Source: Octopus sinensis
Taxonomy: Eukaryota
DNA length: 64,000 bases
Reading direction: 5' to 3'
NCBI RefSeq assembly: GCF_006345805.1
Contig: NC_043018.1
Location: forward strand, 17,546,001-17,610,000
Shown: one piece after another, positions 27,947 to 42,867 of the stretch
How the letters are laid out: each line of letters opens with the position of its first letter
Position numbering within the stretch: the stretch's first letter is position 1
Notes under the pieces: generated by a model
What the model saw: the letters and a program-made list of their open reading frames with translations, nothing else
Database searches by the model: none
Told to the model about the DNA's origin: nothing
Program-made: the position numbers and the translations under genes

Positions 27947-28041
<95 letters not shown>

Positions 28042-28576
28042 ACGTGCACGTCTTATTAGGAATCCGATATTCTTTTCAGTGTAACTATTCTCCCGGCAGA
28101 TATGGCAATTTAAGGCATACTGGAAATATTGGAATTAGTAAAATTTAAAGGAATTATTATATCTCATAAATTTACACATCCTCAACTTGTATACGCGATT
28201 CACATTTGATTTTCGGAACTGCACACAATAGGCACATATAAGGAACCCATATATGTAGTTCACTGGAAAGGTTTTTCATTCAGATGTGATACAGTGAACA
28301 CTAGATATGCTCAATATTTTGGCAATTATATCGAGCCAAGTATTTTTCATTATATTTCTTTCTTTATTTTTCTATATTGCAATCAGACACGGATAAAAAA
28401 AAAAGATAGGGAATTGCTCTCATGGCAGGTAAAGCGACTGGACATCAAAATTGGTGGGTGTCTTATGTTTAAATATATCGCTTTCTGCCTTCTTTGATAT
28501 AATGATATAAAACTTCATGTGCATGCACACACACACATACACAAACATACGCATAGACACACATACACTCACACAC

Positions 28577-28616
<40 letters not shown>

Positions 28617-28721
28617 GCACACTCATACATGCTGACCGCAATATATATATATATATAAACTTATATTTGCTTTTAATTCACATGAATTGCTTAAAAAATA
28701 TTAATTCTTTAAACTCCTGTG

Positions 28722-29603
28722 TATAACGTGTAATCAAAAGGTTCCCAGACTAGATTTAATTTTTTTTTGTAAATTTCTTATTTTTCTAAGTTTTACTATA
28801 ATTTTCTTCGAAATAGTCAACTTGCGCCACATTACACAAGTCCCGATGTTCCTGCACTTTTGGAATCCATCCTTGTAATCGTTTTCCGTAAGCGAATCGA
28901 GAACCTTCTGCGATTCGTTTCGGGTCTCGACAACGATGTTAAAACGGTGACATTGAGCCGCATTTTCAGCTGAGACGAAAACCGTAGGTGCTGAATGAGG
29001 TGGATAGGGATGGTATGGAAGCGATACCATGTTTTGACGAAAAACTCAAGGGTGAGGCGTGCTTGGTGATAGGGGGGCAATATTGTCGTAAGGAATCGAA
29101 TACTTCGCGCTTCACAGATCTGCTCGATTTAGCCGAATGTCCTCTATCAAAACCCTTCAAAATGTCGTAAGAGAACGAATTCTCAATGCACAATACGAAA
29201 CAATGACGAAACAACGATGAGCGTTCTCTCGATTGAGCTGTGGCTCTGTCTTTACTTTTGAAGCGTGGTACACGAAACATTGCATACGACCCATTGCCTC
29301 GTCATCGTAAGCATTCCGAACCAGGATCAATGTCTCTGAAGCAGACTTCCCAAGTTTAACGCTAAATTTCACGCGGGCTTTTTGTTCCAAATTCCTCCCC
29401 ATGACAAAAACCGCAGACCTCAGCATACTCGTAACCACGAAAACACAAATTTCACAACTTGCGAAATAAACACAGCGGTGTTACTCGGTACGTTCCCTCA
29501 TTAAGATTACTGCTAGCCCCCACCCTTATTCTGCACGCAACCGTGTGCTGTTGTTTGTTGGCCCATAGTAGAATCAGTTCGGAATTTTAGATACCACTTC
29601 GTA
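28722..29603 (-). mobile_element. internally deleted mariner with both TIR relics
   Basis: MGRNLEQKARVKFSVKLGKSASETL N-terminus; HPYPPHSAP (YSPDLAP-like); degenerate TIRs at 28722 and 29603. Confidence 0.85.
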
Positions 29604-29678
29604 TCATATCTTGAACGAAACTTTCTGAGATAAGTCACATTTTGCACGAATTAGATTTCATTCGGGCCACAGTTTGAA

Positions 29679-30063
29679 TGGAAGCACTCCGTCGGTTACG
29701 ACGACGAGGGTTCCGGTTGATCCGAATCAACGGAACAGCCTGCTCGTGAAATTAACGTGTAAGTGGCTGAGCACTCCACAGACACGTGTACCCTTAACGT
29801 AGTTCTCGGGGATATTCAGCGTGACCCACAGAGAGTGACAAGGCCGCCCCTTGGAAATAGAGGTACAACAGAAACAGGAAGTAAGAGTGAGAGAAAGTTG
29901 TGGTGAAAGAGTACAGCAGGGATCACAATCATTCCCTGCCGGAGCCTCGTGGAGCTTTAGGTGTTTTCGGTCAATAAACACTCACAACGCCCGGTCTGGG
30001 AATCGAAACCGCGATCCTACGACCACGAGTCCGCTGCCCTAACCATTGGGTCATTGCGCCTCC
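29679..30063 (-). mobile_element. SINE family C with TSD
   Basis: TSD ccacagtttgaatgg at 29667-29681 and 30064-30078. Confidence 0.9.
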
Positions 30064-31068
30064 CCACAGTTTGAATGGTGCATGTTTTACAAGAATATTT
30101 ACGCTTTGACCCCCTCACTGTTTTCCTTTTTAAACGCAGTCTGTATCAGATTCAATATCAAGACAATTATATACACATAACTTGTGAACAGATTTTAAAT
30201 GTTTTAGAATCTCCTTCATCCTGTCACCTTATGGAGCAAACATGTCTATATTCGTTCGGAGAATATACAGAACCAATGAATAATGATTGGCGATAATGAA
30301 ATCAAAGAACTGTATTAAATTTAAAGTAATGAAATACATAAAGGATTCAATTTAAATGTTTTCTTTCTTCTACTTCATCTTTCATAATTTACTTTTGTGT
30401 TTGTTTATCAAGAAACGTTTGCGATAATTTAACTAGTTTCCGTCTGAAGACTTTAATTAATTCTCCAATAATATCAAGAAGCCATATTATTAAATGAAGA
30501 GGATAATATATATAAAAGAAAAAAAAAGAAACAAAAAGTATGAATTACATATATAAATATAAAACAACAACAGCAACAACATATTGGTAAGACATCATAG
30601 TAATTTGAAGTTTTTTTATGTTTAACATAATATGATGATTAAAACAATTTGAAAATCAAATATTAAAGTAGACAGCGTTATAAAAGATATATTCTCTTCT
30701 GAATTACTTGAAGCCAGGGAAAAACATTCTTACTTAGTTTATAACTGAAAGAAATCTTCCTTTCTTCTTGCTGTATGTCGAATATAATTGCTGCTAACGT
30801 TATTACTTCTAACAAGCACTAATCAACGAAGAATGAATCTTAAATACGAGACTGCTTTATTATGCCAGAGCTGACGCGGGAACCTATCGTAACCAGTAAC
30901 AACAGCTATAACACATTGCCATAAACTCATCTGCAAGCATTTTATTTTTGTACTACAATCGTAAAACTCCATTCCATCTCACTCATTAAAGTAATTGCAA
31001 GTTATATATTGAGTGCCAAATGATATAAGTGTGCCAGTAACTGTTGAGCTGGATATGGGTATCATTGA

Positions 31069-31150
<82 letters not shown>

Positions 31151-31151
31151 C

Positions 31152-31385
31152 TTTTTCTTTTCTCTCTTTTACTTGTTTCAGTCATTTGACTGCGGCCATG
31201 CTGGAGCACCGCCTTTAGACGAGCAATTCGACCCCGGGACTTTGTAATTCTTTGTAAGCCCAGTACTTATTCTATCGGTCTCTTTTGCCCAAACGCTAAG
31301 TGACGGGGACGTAAACACACCAGCATCGGTTGTCAAGCAATGCTGGGGGGACAACACAAATGCACACACATACACATACATATAT

Positions 31386-31442
<57 letters not shown>

Positions 31443-31602
31443 TACGACAGGCTCCTTTCAGTTTCCGTCTACCAAATCCACTCACAAGGCATTGGTCGGC
31501 CCGGGGCTATAGCAGAAGACACTTGCCCAAGATGCCACCCAGTGGGACTGAACCCGGAACCATGTGGTTGGTTAGCAAGCTACTTACCACACAGCCACTC
31601 CT
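31152..31602 (-). mobile_element. SINE family A
   Basis: reverse complement of the 20906-21392 pattern. Confidence 0.9.
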
Positions 31603-31615
31603 GTATATATATATA

Positions 31616-31653
<38 letters not shown>

Positions 31654-31759
31654 TATATTAATAATGATAAAGGACAACAAAAGAATGAATGAGATCTCGA
31701 TATTATGCAAATAGAGGAATTTATATATAATATAATATGTGACAATTAGTCGGTTGCCA

Positions 31760-31821
31760 TAATAAAACTCCGAATTTCGGATTTAGGGCGGAAGTCTGCT
31801 CCGGCATCTCATCAGTTATTA
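31760..31821 (-). ncRNA. type I hammerhead ribozyme
   Basis: reverse complement UAAUAA CUGAUGA GAU...AUCC GAAA UUC G GAG UU UUAUUA. Confidence 0.7.
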
Positions 31822-32191
31822 AGAGAAACAAAAAATGCTATGGAAATAACCGTTAAATAAAGAGAAATTACTATGACGATGACCTTCATTAAGACCAGCA
31901 AAAGAGCTATGAGAATGTGTGTGTATGGTCGTGCATGCATGTGTCTCCCGCGAGTGTGAATTTAAGCACATATGCACATAGACGAGGGTGTGCATGTGCG
32001 CATGTGCATGTATGTATATGTGCGCATACGCGGATTCTATGGGCGTGGTTTTATCTTCTTCGAGTAATTTTATTTTCTCCTTATTCGGGTAATTTCCGTT
32101 TATTCTCAAAGCTCTTTTGTTTATCTTAATAACGGTCATCTTCATAGTAATCTCTATTTAACGGTCATTTTCATAGCATTTTTGTTTCTCT

Positions 32192-32254
32192 TAATAACTG
32201 ATGAGATGCCGGAGCAGACTTCCAGCCCAACATCCGAAACTCCGAGTTTTATTA
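32192..32254 (+). ncRNA. type I hammerhead ribozyme
   Basis: UAAUAA CUGAUGA GAUG...CAUCC GAAA CUC C GAG UU UUAUUA; 6-bp stem I, predicted cleavage after U32248. Confidence 0.75.
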
Positions 32255-32280
32255 TGGCAACCGACTAATTGTCACATATC

Positions 32281-32342
<62 letters not shown>

Positions 32343-33265
32343 AGTAAGGAATACAAAGAAATATGATAACCACATTGACTAATAATGCTCACTGACAATA
32401 TATCATTTTGGAATAATGAATAGCCAGCGTCAAAGACTTTACCAAACAATTTCCTTCTATAGAAATATTTTACGATATCGCATCGTGGAAATATATGATT
32501 TAGAGATAGTATCTCCTACACGTTCTTGCATAAAATGGTTACTAATCGTCATTTCTCTTAAACTAGAGGACGTGTTACTTACAAAATGTATTTCACTTTA
32601 GTCGTATTAAATAGGAATGATATCCACACATTTAAACACTTCCCATTCCAAAAATGCTACAGAGTCTTATTAAACAGCAGCTGTCTTCCATGAATATATA
32701 CTAGATGCTATTATGTATCTTTTATTAACCATTAGCGTTGGATCATGCTACCAATCAAAGGTGTTTAAAAGTCTTATTATCTTATCATTTCCATTCTCTT
32801 CTGGAATAATGAAATATAGATTAAGATCACTGGTAACGGATTCGAAAAGAGTATTTCTCTAAAACACACTGACTGCCTACGGAATTAATTGATACACCAT
32901 ACATATGGTTCACACTACCTTTTATTCAATATTACTTCTCATATTACAGGTACGTTCCTTTCCTGAACAGATTAGTATTCCCTGTCAACTATAGAACACA
33001 TTTTAACACAAAATCGTATAATAATCTTCAGATGCAAAAAATACTACATAATATCTCAGAAACACATACACCCCATCATCTTATAGAAAGCGTAATTCAT
33101 ACGAAGTATATATAGTTTGCTATGCATAATACATAGTGTGTGGAATATGCAACTGAGGCAGATATCATGTCATCTTAGATATTTGTCCCTCAGAGAGAAA
33201 CAGAATATCTGAGGAAACAGAATATCTATTTGATTATTCATGATAGATAATTATATATATTTATA

Positions 33266-33299
<34 letters not shown>

Positions 33300-33939
33300 T
33301 AATCAACCTAGCTAAACGCCCATATGTCTGTCTATGTATTTCACACATACATATAACACAAACGCACATTACAGATATCGTATGATAAATATATAACAGT
33401 AATACGAGGAGACATTTGAAAATATAATCAAATATCTTCACACATATATAAGTCTCTGTGTGTATTTGTGTGTGTGTTTGTGTGAGTGTATGCTTCTCTG
33501 CGTATACACTGTGTGAGACAGGAGAAGGTATGTTTCTTATTATACTGGCATAATCTTATATTAATTTCACAGGAAGATTTTCGAGTATAAAACTTTCGTT
33601 CTTGTATCATAAGTTTCTTCAGCAACTGTCTGAGCCAGCATCACCAAATAAGGCGAATTGCATAAACTTTATAACAATAACACATGCGCAGTGATAAATG
33701 ACTCAACTAATATAAAGGAACAGCTGATGACAAATCCCACCACTAATTCAAGTAAACATACAGTATATTTCTGTATATATAAATATCTACACTGTCCCCT
33801 TAAAATTTCCTGTCCCTTTACTCGGTGTAAATTTCCTCTGTTATATATAAATATATATATATATATATACGTTGATATTCTTCGCCTCAAACTTTTCAGC
33901 CATTGACTTCTCTCTCTCTTTCTCTCTCTTCTCTCTCTA

Positions 33940-33977
<38 letters not shown>

Positions 33978-34009
33978 CATATATATGTGTGTACTGTGTT
34001 GTACGTATG

Positions 34010-34054
<45 letters not shown>

Positions 34055-34247
34055 TACATATATATATATATATATCTATATATTTAATCTCTCTCTCTCT
34101 ATATATATATATATATAATATACATATATATAAATCATGCATCATATATATATATAGAGAGAGGTTTTATGCATATATATATATATAGACATTATATACA
34201 TTATATATATAGTATATTTACGTATATAATTATATAAATCATGCATC

Positions 34248-34278
<31 letters not shown>

Positions 34279-34284
34279 ATATTA

Positions 34285-34315
<31 letters not shown>

Positions 34316-34316
34316 A

Positions 34317-34365
<49 letters not shown>

Positions 34366-34539
34366 GATGCATGATTTATATAATTATAATACGTAATTAC
34401 TATATATAATGTATATAAAGTAAAATATATGAATCTATTTCTATCTGCGCATATTTATATACATACTTACAAATATACATATGCGCGCATATATATATGA
34501 CATTTCGAAACCTCTCAGGGAAGTTATGCAGTAGCAGCA

Positions 34540-35240
34540 CGATAAAGTGATGGTATGTTGCCAACTTAATGTGGCTGCTATTTCTGTTCCCAGTTGGACA
34601 TGACGCATTTTCTTTCTCCTTATGTTTTCAAAGGGGAGATAACGACCTCCACCCAGCAAAGCCACCAACCAGAGGCTAGTTTCGGAGTTATTGCTCATCA
34701 TTAGTCTGGAGTAGCATGTTTTTCTTAGCTGTTGATGATTATTCGCTCTTGAGCTTTTCTTAGCTTCGCGATCGAAGATATACAGAGCGAGATGGCCACG
34801 TTTGAGTCCCAATTGGAATCAAACACGCAAAAGCGCAGAAGCTGCATTGGAAGGAGGTCTGGTCGAGGTTGATTGCAGTGTTTGTAAGGATGGTGTTACA
34901 GGTGTCCTGAAAGGAAGCTCTTCCCAGGTGGACTGAGAGATACCAGACTTCAGGGTCAGCGGCAAAAGCAGACTTTTAGTGGAAATGAAAATTCTCTGAT
35001 GCTATTATATCATGGTGACCTTTAGATTATTCGCTATTCATTGTGTTCGCTGTTCTTCCATTCTGGTGCCATCTCCAGCCAAGCAGTGGTATGTTTTCAG
35101 CGCAGTTGCTTCGATGCTGTTGATCTTCACCTGCTGAAGGAAATCCACGTTAGATCCAAAGTCCCTACAGTGGATGGTGTGAATGACGCGAAGGCAGTGT
35201 TAATAGAATCCCTCAAGTTGTCATAGGTAAGCCACAAATC
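34540..35240 (-). pseudogene. decayed LINE reverse transcriptase fragment (CR1/L2/Jockey-like)
   Basis: fragmentary motifs (LLRFCVFDSNWDSNV, IFDREAKKSSR) resembling RT C-terminal/thumb regions; many stops. Confidence 0.35.
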
Positions 35241-35356
35241 TGATTAGTGCGATGGCTCTGGTCTATTCCTTCTCAAAGTTATTTTCCAAGATTCTTTTAT
35301 ACATTTATACATACACAGATACGCAGAGTGAGACACTGGGAGTAGAGGAGAAAGAG

Positions 35357-35660
35357 AGGAGTAGAGACAGGGAGAGAGAAATGCAGATACAAGGAGAGAC
35401 AAAAACAGAGGCAAGGAGAGAGAGAAGCAGAGGCAAGGAGAGAGAAGCAGAGGCAGGGAAAGAGAAGCAGAGGCAGGGAGAGAGAAATGCAGATACAAGG
35501 AGAGACAAAAACAGAGGCAAGGAGAGAGAGAAGCAGAGGCAAGGAGAGAGAAGCAGAGGCAGGGAGAGAGAGAAGCTGAGGAAGAGACAGAGAGACAAAA
35601 GTAGAAACAGAGAGAGATAGAGAGAGAGAAGCAGAGGCAGAGAAAGGGAGAGGGAGAGAG
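35357..35660. repeat. purine-rich minisatellite (gcagaggcaaggagagagaa-type units)
   Basis: direct reading. Confidence 0.9.
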
Positions 35661-36120
35661 GGAGATAAAGTTATTCCATGCGTTACATCGATTACATAAT
35701 CTTGTTATTCGTCACGCGTTGCCAAAGACCAGATATGTAAATGAGATAGTTTCATTCATATTTATGCATTTCTTGTTCGCATTCAAGACCATAATCCAAA
35801 ATACAAATACTATAGTATTGGGACTGATGAATTGAATGTTATAAAATATTTATTCTCCTTGAAGAGTTCAGATATACAAGGATTCAGAGAAAATTTAAAC
35901 ATGCATTCATGCGGATATCGGCCATTGTGCTCGCTTCGTTTCAGTTGATTTATTTAAATAACAAGACACAATGAAAAGTAAATTGAGCAGAGGTAACGTG
36001 ACTGGCATAATATATATATATGCGGATGTATATTCATGTGTTTGCACATATCCATATATCTGTCTAACGATCTATCTGTCTCGCTCTCTCCCTTTTTTAT
36101 TACTGATATACATATATATA

Positions 36121-36209
<89 letters not shown>

Positions 36210-36242
36210 GTATACATATATACATATGTGTATATATAATAT

Positions 36243-36273
<31 letters not shown>

Positions 36274-36461
36274 ATATATATATAAATATATTATATTATA
36301 TTAAATTAGAGATAAAACCACTATTAGGCAAATCATACAATGAAAAACTTAAGCCAATACATAAGATTAATTAATTTATATTATTTTAAATATATATCAA
36401 AATTATTAAAAAAGGATAAATATATAATATATATATAATATATAAATATATTATTATATAT

Positions 36462-36507
<46 letters not shown>

Positions 36508-37130
36508 AGGCACGGGAGCTGATAAAAAACCATTGTCACGGGATATTAACGCACGGACGTAGTGGCGAAACTACAAAAATTTCCGAGTCTAATCAGTTGG
36601 TCATGCTCTACCAGACATTACAGATTAAATTAAGAGAGACTTCCCTGTTTGGGAGTCTCCCTATACATGTTCCCTCAACCTTGACAATTATAACTTATGG
36701 CGCCAAGTATTGTCGTATGACGTTTAAAAAAAGGATGTAACGACGAAATGTCAATAATTTCTAAAACTATCGAAAGCAGTAATTTCAGCCAGAATGTTTC
36801 AACTCGACTATGATGTAAGAAAGTTCCCTCATAGATCCATGTATTTCCATATCAACTATTGAAAACCAGAGAAATCCATGAAACCATTTAAAATTTTTGC
36901 ATTGGAGATATTAAAATTTCTAAATTTTTTTTTAGGTGTTCGTGTGTATGTCCGAAGATGTAGATATGTAAGTTCCTTAACTTATTTTGAGGGAAATTCA
37001 AAATACTCACAAAAAACTGTAGATCTTCCAGTCTTTTAGAGTTATTTCTTCAGATGTCCTGCCGGGTTGTATTAGTGTTTCTGTGTCTTCAGCTGCTGAC
37101 AGGTCAGAGCAGTGAAGAACACGTCCAGCC

Positions 37131-37166
37131 TTATTATTATTAATATTATTATTATTATTATTAATA

Positions 37167-37254
<88 letters not shown>

Positions 37255-37257
37255 CAT

Positions 37258-37296
<39 letters not shown>

Positions 37297-38945
37297 CAGC
37301 AGCAGCAGCAGCAGCAATAGTTGCTGCAGCTGCAGAGTAACTTGTGAAAACGTTCAGCAAGGAAATCCATGTAGAGGTATGACGACACCAGTTCACTTCA
37401 TAAGAGTCTTCTCCAGAATGTAAGATGGTCCTCTTCTGCTGATTGCCAATGTGAGTTTGAATTCCAATCTATTTCAGTCTTTTTTTTAGCATTTTTGGGT
37501 GTTGTACCAGATGCACCAATTACCACAGTGAATAATTTCTTAGTCTGCCAAATTCTTCACCTCTCTTCCTAGATTCTCAAACTTTCCACCTCTGCTGATT
37601 CTCATCTTGTATTACCGCATTTAGTTCGTGTTGACACCACATTTCTGTCACGTTAGCCACATATTCGGCTAACATCCTAATATACACCTTTACCTACAGT
37701 GTCATGCCTGCACTTATATTCTTTTTGTGCTCGTGTACTGCAAGCAGCCAAGAGATTACTGATACTTTCATCTCCTTTTCTACATTTCTGTGTTTACTGC
37801 TTGACTGTGTTTTGTTGACGTTTGCCTTTATCATATTTGTTCTAATAATAAACTAATTCAGGAGTGATTCTTGCTATTCTTTCTGGTTCTTCTTTGCCAC
37901 CCAAAGCCAACGTGCATTCTCGCTTTGTTATACACATTTTTCATTTAATTCAGTTTCTTTCCATTTGCTCTTCTGCTGTACCTTCTCTCTTTGAACTCTT
38001 CGATTATTTCAGTTACTATTTGAGCAAATCTACCTGCTGATAATATTCCTTCTTACTTGGCACAACGACATTTTCAATCCCGATATCTCGTCTCTAGCTG
38101 TGACTCCTGCGTTTAGATATACCTTACCATCTTCCTTTCTTAATATGTAGACTCTGTTGGTATTAAATTTAAGGTGGTGTGTGCTGTGCATTGTCAGGAG
38201 CTTCTTAGTTCTTTTATCAAGGTTCTGTAACCTGGCATTAATCTATTTGAGATAACGAAAGGAATATCTTAATACTAGCACATACCCTGTATTTATTGCT
38301 TTAGTGATATTCCCAGCATTTAGTTTCCTTTCAAGCACCCTCCTAATTCTCCTCATTTACCCATTACAGATTTTCTCTCAAGCTTCTCCTTCCGTTATCC
38401 TATCGTCTCGCAGCATCTCCTCATTATTCCACGGCCACGGTAAATCTAATGAGGTTCTCTTGTGTTTATCATCATCATCACCAACATCAGCATCTTCATC
38501 ATTATTATTGTTGTTGTTACTCTTATTATCATTCTTCTTTTTATTATTGTTGATGTTGTTGTTGTTGCTGTTCCGTTTACGCAAAACAGATTAGACTGTT
38601 GCAAAAAATTACTAACATCGTGCAACGAATAGCCTTAGATGCCAAGAAACTTTCTAAGTATCTTAACTATCCCTAACAACATCATTTTTTAGCTGTTCCC
38701 AGGTTTTATGATTATTTCCTCTAGCCATTCGTTCAGATATTTAGGGATAGTTGCTAATGCCCCTATAACTACAAGGATACATCTTACCCGAAATTTCTAT
38801 AGCCTGTGTATATTCTGTTTTCCTCTGATGTTGACTTATTCAAACCCCAAAAAAATTTCCCTCGGCACATGCCTATGATGCTCCATCACAACGTTTGCTC
38901 GTGATCAGAGCTGCCCATATCGTCATCCACCAAGGGTCGTTCTCA
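37131..38945 (-). mobile_element. decayed R4/Dong-clade non-LTR retrotransposon with (TAA)n tail at 37131-37260, split by a simple repeat at about 38460-38575
   Basis: RRIRRVLERKLNAGNITKAINT...VLRYS (38270-38355) and VIGA/GALATIPKYLNEWLEEI-like restriction-like endonuclease segments. Confidence 0.7.
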
Positions 38946-40613
38946 ACTGGTTAAGGTCAAACATCTGACAAGCAACTCTTTAGTATCGATCAGAATATTT
39001 GCTGTAACCCATCCGTTATACCAAGTCAAAGGACTACACGATAACCCTTTCAAACAATTAAGAAGTGTTGTTGTTTTTGTTTCTGGTGTTGTTGTTGCTG
39101 CTGTTTTTACTGTTGTTGTTGCTGCTGCTGTTGTTGTCGTCATCGTCGTCGTCGTCGTTGTCGTTGTTGTTGTTGTTGTTATACCTGAATTAGTTTACAT
39201 AGGCCTATAGTAACAACCTATTCGATTTTATGCACTTAATATAGAGCGAATCAATTTTAATGGAAGCAAAATATACCGTCGTACGCTGTGCATCAGTTGT
39301 TAAGGTTTATTTGGTAAATTTCCTTTTGAAATGCTAAGCGTAATTATCAAGCTGTTAAGATTTCTGGCTATATAAACATGGCCAGAAGATAAAGACTAAA
39401 TAAAACAGTCTCTCTGTGAATGAGAAATGATTACAAAGTAAAGAAGTTAAATTAACGTAAACGGTGAAGAACGATTATTGTTCGTTACACTGTATGTTTT
39501 AATCAAAATTGCTGTTATCGATATATTGAGAGAATCGACAAAATCTAAATCATAACTTGTTTCATAACAAAATAGATTTAGCTAGAAGCAGCAACAAGGC
39601 TAGAATGGAATCCTATAATAAATCAGGTTTTCTTGAAAAGCTTAAAATACTGGAGGAACATAATGTGAGTATCGTAGGAAGATATAGCTTTATTGAACAT
39701 GTGGAAATCACTCGTAACATATCGCCGCAAATACAAATAGTAAAAACTTCATTAATCAATTCAAATGATTCATGGGTAACAAATACAAATTCCATGAAGC
39801 ATTCTGTAGAAATTGCGGAATATCACAAGAAAAATTATATTGGAAGCTATAAAAAATTATGGTAACAAACATCACGTGCAGTACACAAGCTCCAAATTGT
39901 TGGCACCTACCGCTGCTGGCTCCACCACCAACAAAGATGCGTTGTAAATCACGGTATAGGCGAGCGCTTTAAAAGTAAATAGGGTGTTGGTCCTAAGTAT
40001 TAAATGTCCTCCTTGACATATTTTAGCTACACAGTATAGACTGAGAGACTATCAAAATTAAGAAACACTGTATCTGTACTTTACATTTCTTTACATTCCC
40101 AATAACATATGTTATAAAGTTTAGGCAATCTCTGTTTTTCATTCTAAAATAAGACTTAAGTGTTCGATGAGAATAATCAATACTTATCAAGCTAAAATTT
40201 ACATATAACATATCTCAGCTAATGATACTTGATTGATGTGCAGACAGTAAGCAAATGAATCTTCTATCGTTGAAATATAGTTTGTATATTTGCTGTAGAA
40301 ATTAGACAGAAATAGATTCGTACAAAGCAAGTGAATTTTGGTGCATCTGAAAATAAAAGCTTGGTTGAAATAAGTATACATAACAACACAGCAGAAATGG
40401 ATACAAGCACAAAAGTATGCATCGATTGTGAGAGAATTTATATATTCAACTGCTGTTGTACCTCCTGCTACTTCGAGTTCCATAGACATACACAACCAAC
40501 AAACACAATGTAAATAATAATAGACGGATAAATACGTGCACACGAATGTATTAATAGCTATCTGTATATTAATATGTTTGCGTATTTATGACTATAACCT
40601 ATCTGTTACGCAC

Positions 40614-40647
<34 letters not shown>

Positions 40648-40654
40648 GGTATGC

Positions 40655-40719
<65 letters not shown>

Positions 40720-41397
40720 GTTCATATGTTTACAAACTTATGTATAGAAGCATATATACAAGATATACAAGAGGGTATCCAAGAATTGATTATTTCAGTG
40801 AAATCGGACAATTTTTTAAAAGCTTTCTTTGATTTATATTTAATATGTGGTAAAAATATATCTAGTAATAATTTTCTTTTTCATTTTATAGGTTTTATAA
40901 TCTTTTACAATTTCATTTTCATTTCTTTCGGATCCTTCTTATCTGTCCACGACAACTTATGTGTATTTGGCTGCAATAATATTTTCTACCTCTCTTCCCC
41001 GGATGGAGCAATAATTTAAATTAGCTTCAGTGCCTACCTTGAATAAAATAGATCGATAGCAACATTTTCCTCTCATGGCAAAATATGCATCTAATTCAAT
41101 AAAACCCTGAAGTTTACTCTGATCACCATGTATAAAATGAAAATTGCTTTTTTTTTTTTGGAGTAGATTACGTAGATATAATTTGTCCCTGCTTTTCAAT
41201 CTCAGAATCTAACTACCCATAATACTGCCGTAGTACACGTGCTGCATACATTCCTACATCAACGTTTTCTTTACGTGCTATAAAGGAAGATGTAAATCTG
41301 CCAGCCGCTCAGTCGCATGTTTGTGTTTCGCTTATTTTTTATGGGTTTTACTCCACCCTGAGTAATTATCTGCAGCACGTACCTGATATGTATATAA

Positions 41398-41462
<65 letters not shown>

Positions 41463-42684
41463 AAGAGAATGAGTGCGTGTGTGTGTATGTATATGAATAT
41501 GTGTAGAGTGGGAGAGAAAAAGAGAAAATACATCTGCACTTGCTGGTAGTGTACAAGAATTCGAATCAATATTTCTGTGTATGTGTATGTGCATATATAT
41601 ATATTTGAATCAATGCATATTATAAAATTGGCTTTATTTAAATTTATACCTGTAATTTGAAATACTTGACATAGTGTGGGTAACACATTGAAGTGAATTT
41701 GATTGTATTCTGATAACCATTGGACCTGGCCTTACAAATTTTAATTCATGTTGTAAAAATATTACCGCCAAACCTGACTACGATTAACGGAGCAATAATT
41801 ATCAAAATCTCAAGTGGATCTTTAGAAATGATATTGTGAAGGAACTAACCAAAGGTGAAATCTCCGATCCTATATTTCACTTCTATTTTGCTCTTAAGGA
41901 TGAACTCGGTTTTTATAGCACTGCATGTGCTTCTGTTCAACCTGTCACAATTTAGAGAGCAGGATGAAGGTTTAAGGCAATTGTTTAAAGATTGATGTTG
42001 GAAATAAAAAGGATTTCTAAGGCTTTAATTCAACGTTGAGCACAAAGCTCCGTAGAAGATCTTTCGCATAGTTTCGAGGATGAAGATTTTCATAATTGTA
42101 TTGCAGATAACAGCGATATTGCATTAACCTCAGGTTATCAGATCATGAGATTATCGGCTTTCTGATTAATCCCGAAAATTGACAGGTACATTTCTCCGCC
42201 GAACATGATAATGAAGACAAAAGCATTATAAAAGTGACGTGACCTGAAGCATAATCAGCCATGGATGAGATACTTTCTTTTTTCCAAACATAATTCCAGT
42301 TTCCTTGAGCAACAGGTTATCTAAAGAGTATATGCGCAGATATGAAATTATCACCGGAAGATTGGATCACAGAGAAGAACGCACTAACCGGAAATTGCCA
42401 AACAGTACATATGCAAATGATATTCACGTGTGGTGTATGTAAAACAAATATTCGGAATTGATTTTATGTAAATTCAAGTTAGTCATTGCTTTCAATAATT
42501 TCGAATTTCTTCAATAAACCTTTGGAGGGATATATTCCTTGCCTAAAGTGAAAATATACTACTGTATATATCTCTGTGTTTTGCAACACGGCCATATTAA
42601 CAGTCATAAAATAAAATAGATACAGAGATGCGCAGACAGACAAATAGATAGATGCAAATATATACGTATATATATTCCAAAACA

Positions 42685-42790
42685 AATGGTTCAAGGTTCA
42701 GTCCCACTGCGTGGCTCCTTCGGGCCAACCAAAGCATCGTGAGTGGAATTTGTAGACGGAAACTGGAAAGTAGCCTGTCGTATATATATA
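42685..42790 (+). mobile_element. SINE family A 5' fragment
   Basis: ggttcagtcccactgcgtgg...gtagacggaaactg. Confidence 0.75.
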
Positions 42791-42867
42791 TATATATATT
42801 ATATATTATTTATATATATATATATATATATAGATATAATATTAAAGGAGATGTGGAACACGAGTTG

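Larger units (their letters stand above)
31738..32280. mobile_element. inverted pair of HHR-bearing PLE pseudo-LTR-like arms (about 175 bp each) between (TA)n tracts
   Basis: 31738-31915 is the near reverse complement of 32106-32278. Confidence 0.85.

Noticed and set aside
33580-33626. CUGAAGA...GAAA GU UUAU AC UC on the minus strand
   Set aside because: No stem I pairing.
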